33,278 bases of DNA from Octopus bimaculoides (lineage: Eukaryota): positions 11,917,823-11,951,100 of the forward strand of contig NC_068981.1 in the NCBI RefSeq assembly GCF_001194135.2. The letters run 5' to 3'. The translations under genes were made by a program, and so were the position numbers. Numbering within the stretch: the first letter of the stretch is position 1; the number at the start of each line of letters is the position of its first letter. Below are positions 32,139 to 33,278 of the stretch, in pieces. The notes below the pieces were generated by a model, which ran no database searches, was not told the DNA's origin, and saw only the letters and a program-made list of their open reading frames with translations.

Positions 32139-33278
32139 GTATAACTTTTTTTATGCCAGAATCAAATATATTTCAATAAGATTCGAAGATTAGTAACAGT
32201 TCTATGAGGTCATATTGAAACTATCGTATTCTAGACGGGTACAGATCTATAACCTGACAATAGAAATAATCCATCGACGAACGATATGATACTGCCGTTT
32301 CGATGTTAGATTTTAATAATTGGAATTTTCTCTTTGCAAAATAACGATTTTACTTTTCTGAAAGTCATTCCGCTCATGATTACCGTCCTAACAATTTCCT
32401 GATATCTCCAGCACAAATGTAAAACGCGCAGAGTAGGTTGATTAAACTTAGATGTTGCTTGCATAATCATCATTAAATTATATTATACACACTCATTAAT
32501 GACGTATACTTAATTGCAATTTTTGATTAAAAGCACAATCCATCAAAGAGCGAAATATACACGCACGCACGCACACACATACACACACAGGCGCAGATAC
32601 ACACACGCGCGTAACACATTGACTGACAGTCATAGAGAGGGACCTGAAGTAGGAAACTATGAATTAAGATTCATTCATATCAACTTATTTGCTTCAAATA
32701 ATATTCCTATAGAGCGGAAATGATCTCTATTTTCAATGACTGATTATTGAGGAGATAAGTGCACAGATTGTGTGTTGTGGCTGCTAAAAGCACCATATTT
32801 ATCACTCTCGCAGAAAAGGTTATGTTCAAAGTGATATGACTAGTTTTGCTTGGAGACGACAACAATGGCTGCATGATGTTCACTGTCATTTCCTAAATAT
32901 TTTATTGGGTAAGAAAGCTGGGAGTTGCTAAATAACAAGAAACGAAATTATGATTTCATAGAAATTAATATATTCTACCAAGTCAATGTTTGGGGGTGAT
33001 CAAGACGTTAAGCCTTAGATCAATACATAATAGAAATTTGTGTTTATTTTCACTATTTTCGCTTTACTCCAAGTTCAAGACGAACAAAACATTCCAGGCC
33101 TTGCCAAATTACAAATTTGCAAACCGTGCATAATAGAGATACAACAATTTCATTTCTATTCATTTTTCTGTTTTTATTTTATATCAGAGTGTTTAGTAAT
33201 AATTGCAAAAATACAAGTGTCAAAGTATAGGGGTCACAACAGATGAAAAATTGATCACAGTACTAAATTCATTCTTGT

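Noticed and set aside
1-33278. CRISPR array, rRNA, operon or prophage
   Set aside because: No regularly spaced repeat-spacer structure, rRNA-like sequence or gene-dense region; the window is eukaryotic repeat-rich DNA.

Overview
Repeat-rich, AT-rich eukaryotic non-coding DNA, either intergenic or a long intron. The SINE and LINE content suggests an octopus or other coleoid cephalopod (inference, not database-confirmed). It contains six assembly gaps and many microsatellites, and I could not identify a host protein-coding gene with confidence. Recognisable elements: three 3' fragments of one CR1/L2-group LINE; several tRNA-derived SINEs in at least three body types; four restriction-like-endonuclease (RLE) LINE pieces, three of them R4/Dong-type and next to (TAA)n tracts; a weaker CRE-like LINE remnant; a decayed mariner transposase end; two foldback elements; and three Penelope-like terminal repeats. 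Main leads: (1) each Penelope-like repeat carries a minimal type-I hammerhead ribozyme with a shared non-canonical core, CUGUUGA instead of CUGANGA, and two lie in tandem across a gap; (2) a roughly 540 bp Dong/R4 derivative joins the N-terminal motif directly to the C-terminal end and 3'UTR; (3) one SINE family and the CR1/L2-like LINE share a 3' tail; (4) a TAA-targeted non-coding element occurs twice; (5) a possible decayed Maverick/Polinton penton gene. All translations and alignments were done by eye, and element boundaries are approximate to tens of bases.
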